Shown in pieces: positions 8,233 to 18,260 of a stretch of 20,000 nt of DNA. Position numbers and translations under genes: made by a program. The notes beneath the pieces were generated by a model. That model searched no databases, was not told the DNA's origin, and saw only the letters and a list, made by a program, of their open reading frames with translations. Positions within the stretch are counted from its first letter, which is position 1. Each line of letters begins with the position of its first letter. Location of the stretch: contig JBKOZJ010000008.1 in the NCBI GenBank assembly GCA_046725875.1, forward strand, positions 45,663-65,662, in the 5' to 3' direction. This stretch comes from Actinomycetota bacterium (GTDB lineage: Bacteria; Actinomycetota; Actinomycetes; JAKEEW01).

Positions 8233-8385
8233 GATCAGGTGATGTGCGGAGACCGTGAGTTTCCGAGGAATCGTGATCGGGCAATGTGCTGAGACCTTGA
8301 CGGATCGACCGATTCTGTCTGGGTTCCTGCACACTGTCCGATCTCTTCGGCGAGAAAACTCGGGGTTGCGGCACATCGGTTGATC
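8233..8385. repeat. 153-bp imperfect palindrome of four related units (two direct, two inverted, 42-bp spacing)
   Basis: Blocks GATCA/TGATC, GATGTGC/GCACATC, GAGTTT/AAACTC, GATCGG/CCGATC and TGTGC/GCACA are all symmetric about position 8309. Confidence 0.85.
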
Positions 8386-8692
8386 GTTTATCGGCTGCGC
8401 GAGAGTGCCGGCCGTTGCCAAGAGCAGCAGGAGGGAATTTGCGCGGTCGCGAACCATGCGATCCACCGCCCCACACGGTAGAGCTGAGCGTCGGCGCCGT
8501 TGCCCGCGCGAGGACCACGGCGTTGGCGCCGGTGCCTGCCGTTTGGTGTGCCGACCGCGGCTGCGGTGCCGATGCCAGTACCCGGTCAGCTCCTCACGAC
8601 GAGCCAGGTGGTCGAGCCGGCGGACGCCCGGGCCGCACGGGCGGCACTCGGCGAGGACATCTCGTAGACCCGCCAAGTTGTGCTGGGTAGGG

Positions 8693-10024
<1,332 letters not shown>

Positions 10025-10103
10025 CCTGTACCTCATTCGTCGCAGGTGGCCTGGCTTCCGTCAATGGGAGCAGTTCGACGCGCAAAAGCGAGTTGCCTGA
10101 CGG

Positions 10104-11798
10104 TTAGCTTCCAGCCTGAAGGCCGAGGAGACTGCGGAGGTGGCGTGGGGGTGGGGAGCCGTGTGAGAGCACTGTGTCGTGTAGCTGTCGGGTGGACAGG
10201 TCGGAGCGGGCGGCCCCTAGACCCCGCATAAGATCGCTAACTTCGGTATAGCCAACGTAATAGGTCGAGAGCTGGGCACTGGTGAGGAGCGCCCGCCGCC
10301 ATTTGCCGACGGCCTCGCCCTCCTCCTGAAACCCGCGCTCCGTCATCAGCGCCATCGCTTCGGCCTGCGACATGCCGTCGGCGTGGACTCGGGCGTCGAG
10401 GATCGCATTGATGATCATTCGGAGCTGCATCTTGAGCTGTTGCATGCGTACCGCGTCGTCGGCGTAGCCACGGTCGGCCATCAGCTCCTCGGCGTACACC
10501 GCCCAACCCTCCACAAACGGCCCGCTGCCGAAGGCTGCCCGAACCCGGGTCGGGGCCTGGAAGCGGCGAGAGTGGGCGAGCTGCAGCACATGACCGGGCA
10601 TCGCCTCATGAACGGTCAGATTATGGATCATGTGCGAGTTGTACTCGCGGAAGAACGACTCCACCCGCTCGGGCGGCCAGTCCGACGGGGTCGGTGAAAT
10701 CGCGTAGAAGGTCGGCAGCAACGACGGTTCGAGTGGCCCCGGTGGGTCGCAGTAGGCCACTGCCACGCCGCGGTGGATCTCCGGCATCACGATGATCTCG
10801 ACCGGGTCGTCGTAGACCGTTACAAGGTCCTGAGCCCGTACGAACTCGGTGGTCGCTGCCAGCGTCTCCCTGGCGAGTCCCACGATCGTGTCGTTGTCCG
10901 GACGCTCCTCGGCGAGCTGGTCCAGGACGTTACGTATCAGCTCTGGCGCGTTGGGACTGCCCCCGACGAGCCGGGCCGCCGCCACCTTGATCCGTTCCGA
11001 GATCGCCTCGAGGTCTGCCCTGGCTCGGGCCAGGATTACCTCGGCGGGAGAGGCCGCGTCCAGCGCGTACGCAAGCTTGCGGGCGAACAAGTCCGGGCCG
11101 ATCCGGGGATCCCGCTCCCGCGCCACGCCGGACTCGACGGCGGCTAGCTGGTCGCGCAGCCAGCCGACATGCTCCTCGATTGCCTCGACCGCGGCTTCGC
11201 GGGCGGGCTCGACCTCCGACCGCATGGACTCGACGTTGCGCAGCGCGCGCTCGAGCTCCGTGGCGAGCAGCGTCCGGACGCCGGTGAACTGCCCGATGGC
11301 GGTCTCGAGATGTACGCGAGGCATGGGACCGAGGTTCGCGCGCGCGACCGACAGCGCCTCCGGAATGGCGGCCAGCCGCCCGGTGAGCGCGCGTAGCCGC
11401 TCGGGCAGCGGCGCATAGTTGCGAGCGAGGATCAGGTAGACGCCGTTGCCCGGGTTGGCCTGGAGCGGGTTCCACTCGTGGGCCCGTATCTCGTCGAGCA
11501 GGAAGAGTTGCTGCTCCAAAGCGGTCCCCAGGATCTGGGCGTCCACCGCGTTGTCCGGCGACAGTGTGCGGGCGTCGGCCGCGGCGAGCCTGGCCAGCGA
11601 TGTCGACAGCCACCGACGCGTCTCATCCAACGACTCCGGCCGCATGTCGTCGAGCCGGTCGTCATAGCGGTGCTCGCCGAGCTCGGAGGCTTCCACCGGA
11701 TTCCGCTCGAGGAAGCCGTCGAGGATGGATCCGGCAAGTGCCTGGAAAGGCTCGTCCGCCGCGGCTTCGGTTGGAATTGGCTCGTCTGCGGCCGTCAC
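10104..11798 (-). CDS. DUF885-family protein (HExxPGH motif; no signal peptide)
   Basis: 564 aa with LTVHEAMPGHVLQ, FVEGWAVYAE, LRMIINAILD and QLSTYYVG motifs. The GTG start overlaps the mazG stop (GTGA). Confidence 0.9.
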   Translation of the reverse strand: MTAADEPIPTEAAADEPFQALAGSILDGFLERNPVEASELGEHRYDDRLDDMRPESLDETRRWLSTSLARLAAADARTLSPDNAVDAQILGTALEQQLFLLDEIRAHEWNPLQANPGNGVYLILARNYAPLPERLRALTGRLAAIPEALSVARANLGPMPRVHLETAIGQFTGVRTLLATELERALRNVESMRSEVEPAREAAVEAIEEHVGWLRDQLAAVESGVARERDPRIGPDLFARKLAYALDAASPAEVILARARADLEAISERIKVAAARLVGGSPNAPELIRNVLDQLAEERPDNDTIVGLARETLAATTEFVRAQDLVTVYDDPVEIIVMPEIHRGVAVAYCDPPGPLEPSLLPTFYAISPTPSDWPPERVESFFREYNSHMIHNLTVHEAMPGHVLQLAHSRRFQAPTRVRAAFGSGPFVEGWAVYAEELMADRGYADDAVRMQQLKMQLRMIINAILDARVHADGMSQAEAMALMTERGFQEEGEAVGKWRRALLTSAQLSTYYVGYTEVSDLMRGLGAARSDLSTRQLHDTVLSHGSPPPRHLRSLLGLQAGS

Positions 11799-12952
11799 GG
11801 GCCCGACCGTACACCGCTGGCTTCGGCTGCTCGTACCCGATCGGTGAAACGCCGGGCGGCGTCGCGCAGGGCCTGCTCCGGCTCGATCCCATGCTCGTCG
11901 GCGAGAACCACCACGGCGAACAGCAGGTCACCGATGGTGGCGCCGGTTACCTGGCTCGGCCGCTCCACCGTCGCCGGCCAGGCGACGTCGACCCCGTTGC
12001 GCGCGGCGCGATGCAGCAACTTTGCCGAGAGGCTCAGCGCGGGCAGAGACAGCGGCACACCCTCGACCGCGGATGTGCGGCCCTTCTCCGCTGTCTTCCT
12101 GATCTCCCAGTCCGACTTGACGTGCTCGGCCGTCGCGGCCGGCGCATCGCCGAACACGTGCGGATGGCGGCGGACGAGCTTTTCCGCGATTTCCGCGGCG
12201 ACGTCGTCGATCGACCACGGCTCGCCCGGGTCTTCCTCGGCGATCCGGCCGTGGAACACGACCTGGAGAAGCAGGTCGCCGAGCTCTTCGCGCAAGTGAT
12301 CGCGGTCGCCCGTCTCGATCGCCTCGACGAGCTCGTAAGCCTCCTCGATGAGGTAGGTGACAAGCGAACGGTGCGTCTGCTCGGCGTCCCACGGGCAGCC
12401 GCCCGGCGACCGCAGCCGGTCCATGACCCGCACCAGGTCGAGCAGACGCGCCCCCGGCAGGTCATACGACCCTGGGAGCAGCTCGAGCTCGGGCACTTTG
12501 TCGCCGCGGGCGGCCGCGGCGGGTATGGCGTGGGCGAGGGCATGCGCGAGGTCCGGGCTGCCGTCCGGATCGGCGAGCCAGACGACGATGCCGCCGTCGG
12601 CCGCGGCGGCAAGCAGCTCACGTACCCAACCGTCGGCTGCGGCTGCCCGATCGCCGGCCGCCGGCGACCGGCCGGGCGGCGAGCCCGCAACTTCCGGCAC
12701 GACCATCACCGCGATACCGGCGGCCTGCATCGCCGGCAGCTGCGGGTGCTGGGGATCTGCCGTCAACACGCGATCCGCGGCCCGAAGCACCTCCCAGGCA
12801 TCATGGGTCAGAAGTCCCGGCGCCACCCGAGATGATGTAGCGAATAGCACGACCCGGCCGGTCGAGTTTGTGCCCGAGCCGGGTGGGCTCTGGCCGATCA
12901 TAGAGGCGTTCGGGGGCGGCAGATTATCAGGGGTTGGCGGACCTGAGGACAT
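11795..12952 (-). CDS. mazG: MazG nucleoside triphosphate pyrophosphohydrolase with actinobacterial N-terminal extension
   Basis: MDRLRSPGGCPWDAEQTH, EEAYE, EELGDLLLQVVFH and KLVRRHPHVF motifs. Start is either ATG 12952 or GTG 12961. Confidence 0.93.
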   Translation of the reverse strand: MSSGPPTPDNLPPPNASMIGQSPPGSGTNSTGRVVLFATSSRVAPGLLTHDAWEVLRAADRVLTADPQHPQLPAMQAAGIAVMVVPEVAGSPPGRSPAAGDRAAAADGWVRELLAAAADGGIVVWLADPDGSPDLAHALAHAIPAAAARGDKVPELELLPGSYDLPGARLLDLVRVMDRLRSPGGCPWDAEQTHRSLVTYLIEEAYELVEAIETGDRDHLREELGDLLLQVVFHGRIAEEDPGEPWSIDDVAAEIAEKLVRRHPHVFGDAPAATAEHVKSDWEIRKTAEKGRTSAVEGVPLSLPALSLSAKLLHRAARNGVDVAWPATVERPSQVTGATIGDLLFAVVVLADEHGIEPEQALRDAARRFTDRVRAAEASGVRSGP

Positions 12953-12987
12953 AGCCGACACGGTGTCATCCCGACCGGTTGCCGGGC

Positions 12988-13671
12988 CTACTGGCCGCTC
13001 TGGGTCGGTTGCTCGGCGGGCGGCGACTCGTTCCGTACGAGTGGGTTCGTCGGCGGGTTGACTTGGCCCGACGCCGGGTCGAACGTGCCGTAGCGCGGGT
13101 TGATGGCAACGTCGACCTCGTGGGCCGTGTTGATCAACACCTCGTTGACCTGGTTCTGGCGCTGTTGGAGCTCGGCGTCGGTCTGGGCGCCAGGAACGAG
13201 TGCTTCGCCGATCTTCTGGCCGAGCAGGTCGTCCGCGATGAAGGTATGCAGATCGTCCGGGGCGATGTTGGCGCCCGCAACCTGAGTGGCGAACTCCTTC
13301 GCACCGAACTGCTGCTCAAGCGCCGCGATTCGGGCATCGACCTCACTGGGCGTTACCGTCACGCCCTGCCCGACCGCAGCCCGTTCCAGGATCCGGTGGA
13401 CGATGATCCGCTGGATCTGGATGCGGTTTTGTTCCGCGGGTGGAACCGCGTCCTGCCCGGTCTTGGCGCGCTCGGCGGCGATTGCCGCGACCTTGTCCTG
13501 CAGAGTCGCAATCGAGGTCCGCTGGTCGTCCACGATGACTGCGGCTCCGGATTTCACGTCCGCATCCCCGCAAGCCGGGAGCACAAGGAATGCGACCGCG
13601 GCCACGGCCGCAATCGCCAATCGCGAGCGGAGCGCTCTGCCGGACACACCGGCACGGAGCGTGAACGTCAC
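12988..13671 (-). CDS. SurA N-terminal-domain lipoprotein
   Basis: Signal peptide with lipobox LPAC, GAAVIVDDQR, GVTVTPSEVD and C-terminal INPRYGTFD. Conserved position between mfd and mazG. Confidence 0.85.
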   Translation of the reverse strand: MTFTLRAGVSGRALRSRLAIAAVAAVAFLVLPACGDADVKSGAAVIVDDQRTSIATLQDKVAAIAAERAKTGQDAVPPAEQNRIQIQRIIVHRILERAAVGQGVTVTPSEVDARIAALEQQFGAKEFATQVAGANIAPDDLHTFIADDLLGQKIGEALVPGAQTDAELQQRQNQVNEVLINTAHEVDVAINPRYGTFDPASGQVNPPTNPLVRNESPPAEQPTQSGQ

Positions 13672-13782
13672 CGGAACCTACCGATCTGGATCAATCCCCG
13701 AAGCGAGCCCTTGGTCGCGTTGGCCACCGATCGTACGACTTCGCCGCCCACCGGTACGCATCGGTCCCGCCGGCATGATGCA

Positions 13783-13819
13783 GCTGGCCGGGTGTCCCTT
13801 CGCGCGACACCCGGCCAGC
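13783..13819. terminator. Perfect 14-bp hairpin downstream of mfd, likely terminator
   Basis: GCTGGCCGGGTGTC-N9-GACACCCGGCCAGC, about 70 nt after the mfd stop. There is no U-tract, which is common in actinobacteria. Confidence 0.7.
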
Positions 13820-13891
13820 GGAGGTCGATCTACTGGTCACGAATCGGACACGATCAGTTCCCCTGCCGAAAGCGCGGGGCTAGCAAGTCGG

Positions 13892-16800
13892 TCAGGCGCC
13901 CGGCAAGGTGAGGACGTCCGCTACGAGCCGAGTGGCCCAGGTGAGAAGCTCGCGGTCGCGCAGCGGTTGGGCACCGATCGGCGCTCCCCCGCGCGCCTCG
14001 CCGGAAGCCCTCGGCCGCGGCACGAGAACCGTGCGAACGGCAGCCTTGACCACGCTCTTCGGGTAGAGCCGCTGCAGCCGCAGCTGCCCCGACTCCGGCA
14101 GCTCGACCGGCGCAAACCGGATGAAGTTGCCCTGCGCGGTCACCTCGCCCACCCCGGCAATCGCCGCAACGGCCCGGAACCGCGCCACCTCGAGCAGGTT
14201 CTCCACTGGCTCCGGCAGCTCGCCGTAACGATCCACCAGCTCTGCGCGGACCTCGTCCACGGTGGCGTCCGAGTCGATCGACGCGATTCGTTTGTACGCC
14301 TCCAGGCGCAGCCGCTCGCTCTCGATGTAGTCGTGCGGTATGTGCGCGTCCACCGGCAGCTCGACCTTCGTTTCCGGTCGCACGGCCTGGCCGTCACCCT
14401 TGAACTCCGCGACGGCCTCGCCGACCAGCCGCACATAAAGGTCGAAGCCCACGGACGCGATATGACCTGACTGCTCACCGCCAAGCAGGTTCCCGGCGCC
14501 GCGGATCTCCAAGTCCTTCATTGCCACGTACATCCCGGCGCCGAGCTCGGAGTGCTGCGCAATCGTCGCCAGCCGCTCGTGCGCGGTCTCGGTCAGCGGC
14601 CGCTCGGGCGGATAGAGGAAGTAGGCATACGCACGTTCCCGGGCCCGCCCGACGCGCCCGCGCAGCTGGTGGAGCTGGGACAGGCCCAACATGTCCGCGC
14701 GCTCCACGACCAGGGTGTTGGCGTTGGCGATGTCCAGGCCGCTCTCCACGATGGTCGTGCAGACCAAGACGTCGAACTCCTTCTCCCAGAAGCCGACGAT
14801 CACTCGCTCGAGGACGTGCTCGTTGATCTGCCCATGCGCCACCTCGATACGCGCCTCGGGTACGAGGTCACGCAGCCGCGCGGCCGCCTTCTGGATGGTC
14901 TCGACCCGGTTGTGAATGTAGAAGACCTGGCCCTCGCGCAGCAGCTCGCGGCGGATCGCGGCGGCGATCTGCTTGTCGTCATACGGGCCGACGAAGGTCA
15001 GCACCGGGTGCCGCTCCTCGGGCGGGGTGGCGATCGTGGACATCTCGCGGATGCCGGTGACGGCCATCTCCAGGGTCCGCGGGATCGGCGTCGCCGACAT
15101 CGACAACACGTCTACCGAGGCGCGCAGCGCCTTGAGATGCTCCTTGTGCTCAACCCCGAACCGCTGCTCCTCGTCGACGATGACCAGCCCGAGGTCCTTG
15201 AAGGAAACCCCTGCTTGCAGCAGACGGTGGGTGCCTATGACGATGTCGATCGACCCGTCGGCGAGGCCGTGAATGACCTCGTTGGCCTCCTTGTCGGTCT
15301 GAAAGCGGGACAGCGGCTTGACCACCACTGGGAAGTTTGCGTATCGCTCGGTGAACGTCGCGATGTGCTGCTGCACGAGCAGCGTGGTCGGTACGAGCAC
15401 GGCCACCTGCTTGCCGTCCTGCACGGCCTTGAACGCCGCTCGGACCGCGATCTCGGTCTTGCCGTAGCCAACGTCGCCGGAGATCAGCCGGTCCATCGGG
15501 TAGGGCTCCCGCATGTCGGCCTTGACCTCGTCGATGGCGGCAAGCTGGTCCGGCGTCTCGACGTGCGCGAAGGCATCTTCGAGCTCCCGCTGCCATGGCG
15601 TGTCTGGACCAAAGGCGAAGCCGGGCGAGGCCGTGCGGGCCGCGTACAACCGGATCAGCTCGGCCGCGATCTCGCGCACCGCCTTGCGGGCGCGACCCTT
15701 TGCCTTCTGCCAGTCCGCGCCACCGAGCCGGTGGATCGTCGGCTGCTCGCCGCCGACATACTTCGTGACGAGCTCGAGCTGGTCGCTCGGGACATAGAGC
15801 CGGTCGCCGGGTTGCCCGCGCTTGCTGGGCGCATACTCAATCACCAGGTATTCACGCGTCGCGCCCTGGACGGTGCGCTCCACCATCTCGACATACCGCC
15901 CTACCCCGTGGTGCTCGTGGACGACATAGTCACCGGGCCGCAACTGCAACGGGTCGACCATCTTTCGCCGGCGCGACGGCAGCCCGCGCATGTCCCTGGT
16001 CGCGGACCGCTGGCCGGCGATGTCCTCCTCGGTGAGCACGGCCAGGCGAGGGCCGGGCGCGACGAACCCATGGTCGACGGTGCCGGTGGTGATGTGTACG
16101 ACATCTGGGTCGGGTGCGGTGGCTAGATCAACATCGACGCGAGCCGGGATGTCCTGGTCCTTCAAGACCTCGGCTAGGCGTTCGGCCGGGCCGTGGCCCT
16201 CGGTGACCATGACGACCCGCCAGCCCTCGCCCAGCCAGCCCTTTACGTCGCCGAGCGCCTTCGCGGTATCGCCGCGATAGGCGGCTACGACCCGGGCCGC
16301 CGTCAGCGTGGTCTCCTCCCCGGCGTCTCCGTCGGGCCCGTCCGCTGTGAAGGGGGTCAGCGACCACCAGGGCAGCCCGAGCTCGGCGGCGTGCTCGCGG
16401 ACCTCGGCAACGCCGCGCAGCGTCGCCGCGCCGAGGTCGATCGGCGCCTGCCCGCCCGCCGCCGCGTTCGTCCAGGAAGCATCGAGAAACTCTCGGGAGG
16501 TTCGGACGAGGTCGCCGGCTCGGGTGCGCACCCGTTCCGGATCGCATACGACGACATGAGTTCCGGCGGGGAGCTGATCGAGGAGGAGCACCATGTGATC
16601 GACCAGAACGGGGCTCAGCGCCTCCATGCCCTCGACCGCGATCCCTTCGGCGATCTTCCCGAGAATCTCGTCGAGCTCAGGATGCTGGTCGCGCAGCTTC
16701 GCGGCCCGGTCGCGGACCTGCTGGGTGAGGAGCAGCTCACGGCACGGCGGCGCCCACAGGCCGTGCTCTGCGATCTCCAGGCTTCGCTGGTCGGCCACTT

Positions 16801-17449
16801 TGAAGTAGCGGATCTCTTCGACCTCGTCGCCCCAGAACTCCACCCGCAGTGGGTGCTCCTCGGTCGGTGGGAAAACGTCGACGATGCCGCCGCGCACTGC
16901 GAACTCGCCGCGCTTCTCGACCAGATCCACCCTTGTGTATGCGGCGTTGGCGAGGCCCGCCACGAGGTCGTCGAGACCGATCTCCTGACCGGCTTGCGCG
17001 CTCACTGGCTGCAGGTCGCCGAGGCCCGCGACCATCGGCTGGATGACGGCACGAATCGGCGCGACCACAACGCTGACCGAACCGGCGGCCGGGTCGGAGC
17101 TGCTCGGGTGCGCGAGCCGCCGCAGAACTGCAAGTCGGCGGCCCACTGTGTCAGACCGCGGGGAGAGCCGCTCGTGGGGCAGCGTCTCCCAGGCGGGGAA
17201 GTAGGCGACCTCCTCGTGCGGAAGCACCATGCTTAGTGCCGCAACCAAGTCCTCCGCCTCCCGACTGGTCGCGGTCACGGCGAGCACTGGCCGCTCGGCG
17301 TCGGTGACTAGAGTCCCGATCAGGAATGGCCGGTAGCCGGCCGGCGCGGTCAGGTCGAGCTCGGTCCTGGTCCCGCCGCGGGCAAGCTCGACTGCCTGCG
17401 CCACCGCCGGATCGGCGGAGACAAACTCAATGAGGCCGGACAGGGTCAT
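13892..17449 (-). CDS. mfd: Transcription-repair coupling factor
   Basis: ETLPHERLSP, GEFAVRGGIVD, CarD-like GDYVVHEHHGVG, GDVGYGKTE, DEEQRFGV, SATPIPRT, QLRGRVGR and DLEIRGAGNLLG motifs. The ATG at 17449 is preferred. Confidence 0.98.
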   Translation of the reverse strand: MTLSGLIEFVSADPAVAQAVELARGGTRTELDLTAPAGYRPFLIGTLVTDAERPVLAVTATSREAEDLVAALSMVLPHEEVAYFPAWETLPHERLSPRSDTVGRRLAVLRRLAHPSSSDPAAGSVSVVVAPIRAVIQPMVAGLGDLQPVSAQAGQEIGLDDLVAGLANAAYTRVDLVEKRGEFAVRGGIVDVFPPTEEHPLRVEFWGDEVEEIRYFKVADQRSLEIAEHGLWAPPCRELLLTQQVRDRAAKLRDQHPELDEILGKIAEGIAVEGMEALSPVLVDHMVLLLDQLPAGTHVVVCDPERVRTRAGDLVRTSREFLDASWTNAAAGGQAPIDLGAATLRGVAEVREHAAELGLPWWSLTPFTADGPDGDAGEETTLTAARVVAAYRGDTAKALGDVKGWLGEGWRVVMVTEGHGPAERLAEVLKDQDIPARVDVDLATAPDPDVVHITTGTVDHGFVAPGPRLAVLTEEDIAGQRSATRDMRGLPSRRRKMVDPLQLRPGDYVVHEHHGVGRYVEMVERTVQGATREYLVIEYAPSKRGQPGDRLYVPSDQLELVTKYVGGEQPTIHRLGGADWQKAKGRARKAVREIAAELIRLYAARTASPGFAFGPDTPWQRELEDAFAHVETPDQLAAIDEVKADMREPYPMDRLISGDVGYGKTEIAVRAAFKAVQDGKQVAVLVPTTLLVQQHIATFTERYANFPVVVKPLSRFQTDKEANEVIHGLADGSIDIVIGTHRLLQAGVSFKDLGLVIVDEEQRFGVEHKEHLKALRASVDVLSMSATPIPRTLEMAVTGIREMSTIATPPEERHPVLTFVGPYDDKQIAAAIRRELLREGQVFYIHNRVETIQKAAARLRDLVPEARIEVAHGQINEHVLERVIVGFWEKEFDVLVCTTIVESGLDIANANTLVVERADMLGLSQLHQLRGRVGRARERAYAYFLYPPERPLTETAHERLATIAQHSELGAGMYVAMKDLEIRGAGNLLGGEQSGHIASVGFDLYVRLVGEAVAEFKGDGQAVRPETKVELPVDAHIPHDYIESERLRLEAYKRIASIDSDATVDEVRAELVDRYGELPEPVENLLEVARFRAVAAIAGVGEVTAQGNFIRFAPVELPESGQLRLQRLYPKSVVKAAVRTVLVPRPRASGEARGGAPIGAQPLRDRELLTWATRLVADVLTLPGA

Positions 17450-17487
17450 GCGGGACGCCCTTCTGCACTTTGCGGGCACGACGACTA

Positions 17488-17534
17488 ACCCCTGCCCCGT
17501 GAAGGTGGGGAGGGGTGTCAGCGTTCCAAGCGTA
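17488..17534 (-). promoter_or_regulatory. mfd candidate -10 (TACGCT, 17534-17529) followed by a 5'-leader hairpin (17516-17488)
   Basis: On the plus strand the hairpin reads ACCCCT-G-CCCC...GGGG-AGGGGT, lying between the -10 and the RBS. Confidence 0.45.
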
Positions 17535-17754
17535 CGCGGCCGCCCAACTATTCCCTGATCAGCCCCCGGATCAAGACCATGATCAGCAGCCCGCCGGCAC
17601 AGGCGTTGGCCGTCCCGTGATCACCGAGCGTACGGGCCCGATCCGATCCCTGTACCCGCTGATTCTCGACGCCTAGACCGACACCTCAGCATTGCAGGCG
17701 CAAGGCCGGTGGGCCTGAGAGATCTCAATCACTGGCCCAGATGGCCTTCTGTCC

Positions 17755-17783
17755 TTGCATGTACGAGGTCATGCCCGTACTGT
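17755..17783 (+). promoter_or_regulatory. Promoter of the mod operon, probably leaderless
   Basis: TTGCAT-N17-TACTGT, with the ATG at 17790 six nt after the -10 and no RBS. Confidence 0.6.
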
Positions 17784-17789
17784 CCCCCT

Positions 17790-18203
17790 ATGGTTGCCAC
17801 GTACAAGCCGGGCCAGGCGGCGGCCCTCCTCGGGGTCAGCGTCGACACGGTGCGGCGATGGGCGGACAGTGGGAAGCTCGAGACCCGCAGGACCGACGGC
17901 GGCCAGCGGCAGATCGACGGTGCGTCCCTAGCCCGCTTTCTGGCCGAGCAGGCGCCCGAGCAGGGGGACGAGGTCATCGTCGGGCGATCCGCACGGAACC
18001 GGTTCCCGGGGATCGTCACCTCGGTTGTGGCCGACGAGATCGTCGCCAAGGTTGAGATGCAGGCCGGACCGCACCGCATCGTGTCGTTGATGACCGCGCA
18101 GGCCGCCACGGAGCTCGGCCTGGAGCCGGGCGTGCTCGCGATCGCCGCGGTCAAGGCCACGAACGTGGTCATCGAGGTTCCCGCACTGTCCGACCGCACC
18201 TAA
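17790..18203 (+). CDS. Molybdate-responsive regulator: MerR/excisionase-type HTH plus TOBE domain
   Basis: AAALLGVSVDTVRRWADSG (HTH), SARNRFPGIV and AAVKATNV (Mop/TOBE). Directly upstream of modA. Confidence 0.9.
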   Translation: MVATYKPGQAAALLGVSVDTVRRWADSGKLETRRTDGGQRQIDGASLARFLAEQAPEQGDEVIVGRSARNRFPGIVTSVVADEIVAKVEMQAGPHRIVSLMTAQAATELGLEPGVLAIAAVKATNVVIEVPALSDRT

Positions 18204-18260
18204 CCGAGCAGACCAGACCGGCGCAATCGACCGCCGCACCGCACTTCGGGAGGAGCGCCG

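Noticed and set aside
7965..8385. CRISPR array or integron attC array interpretation of the repeats
   Set aside because: There are only two direct copies of each unit, spacers are 10 nt or partly conserved, and no cas or integrase gene is in the window.
17790..18203. Excisionase-like HTH as a sign of a prophage or ICE
   Set aside because: It is fused to a TOBE domain and sits directly upstream of modAB, so it is the standard actinobacterial molybdate regulator.
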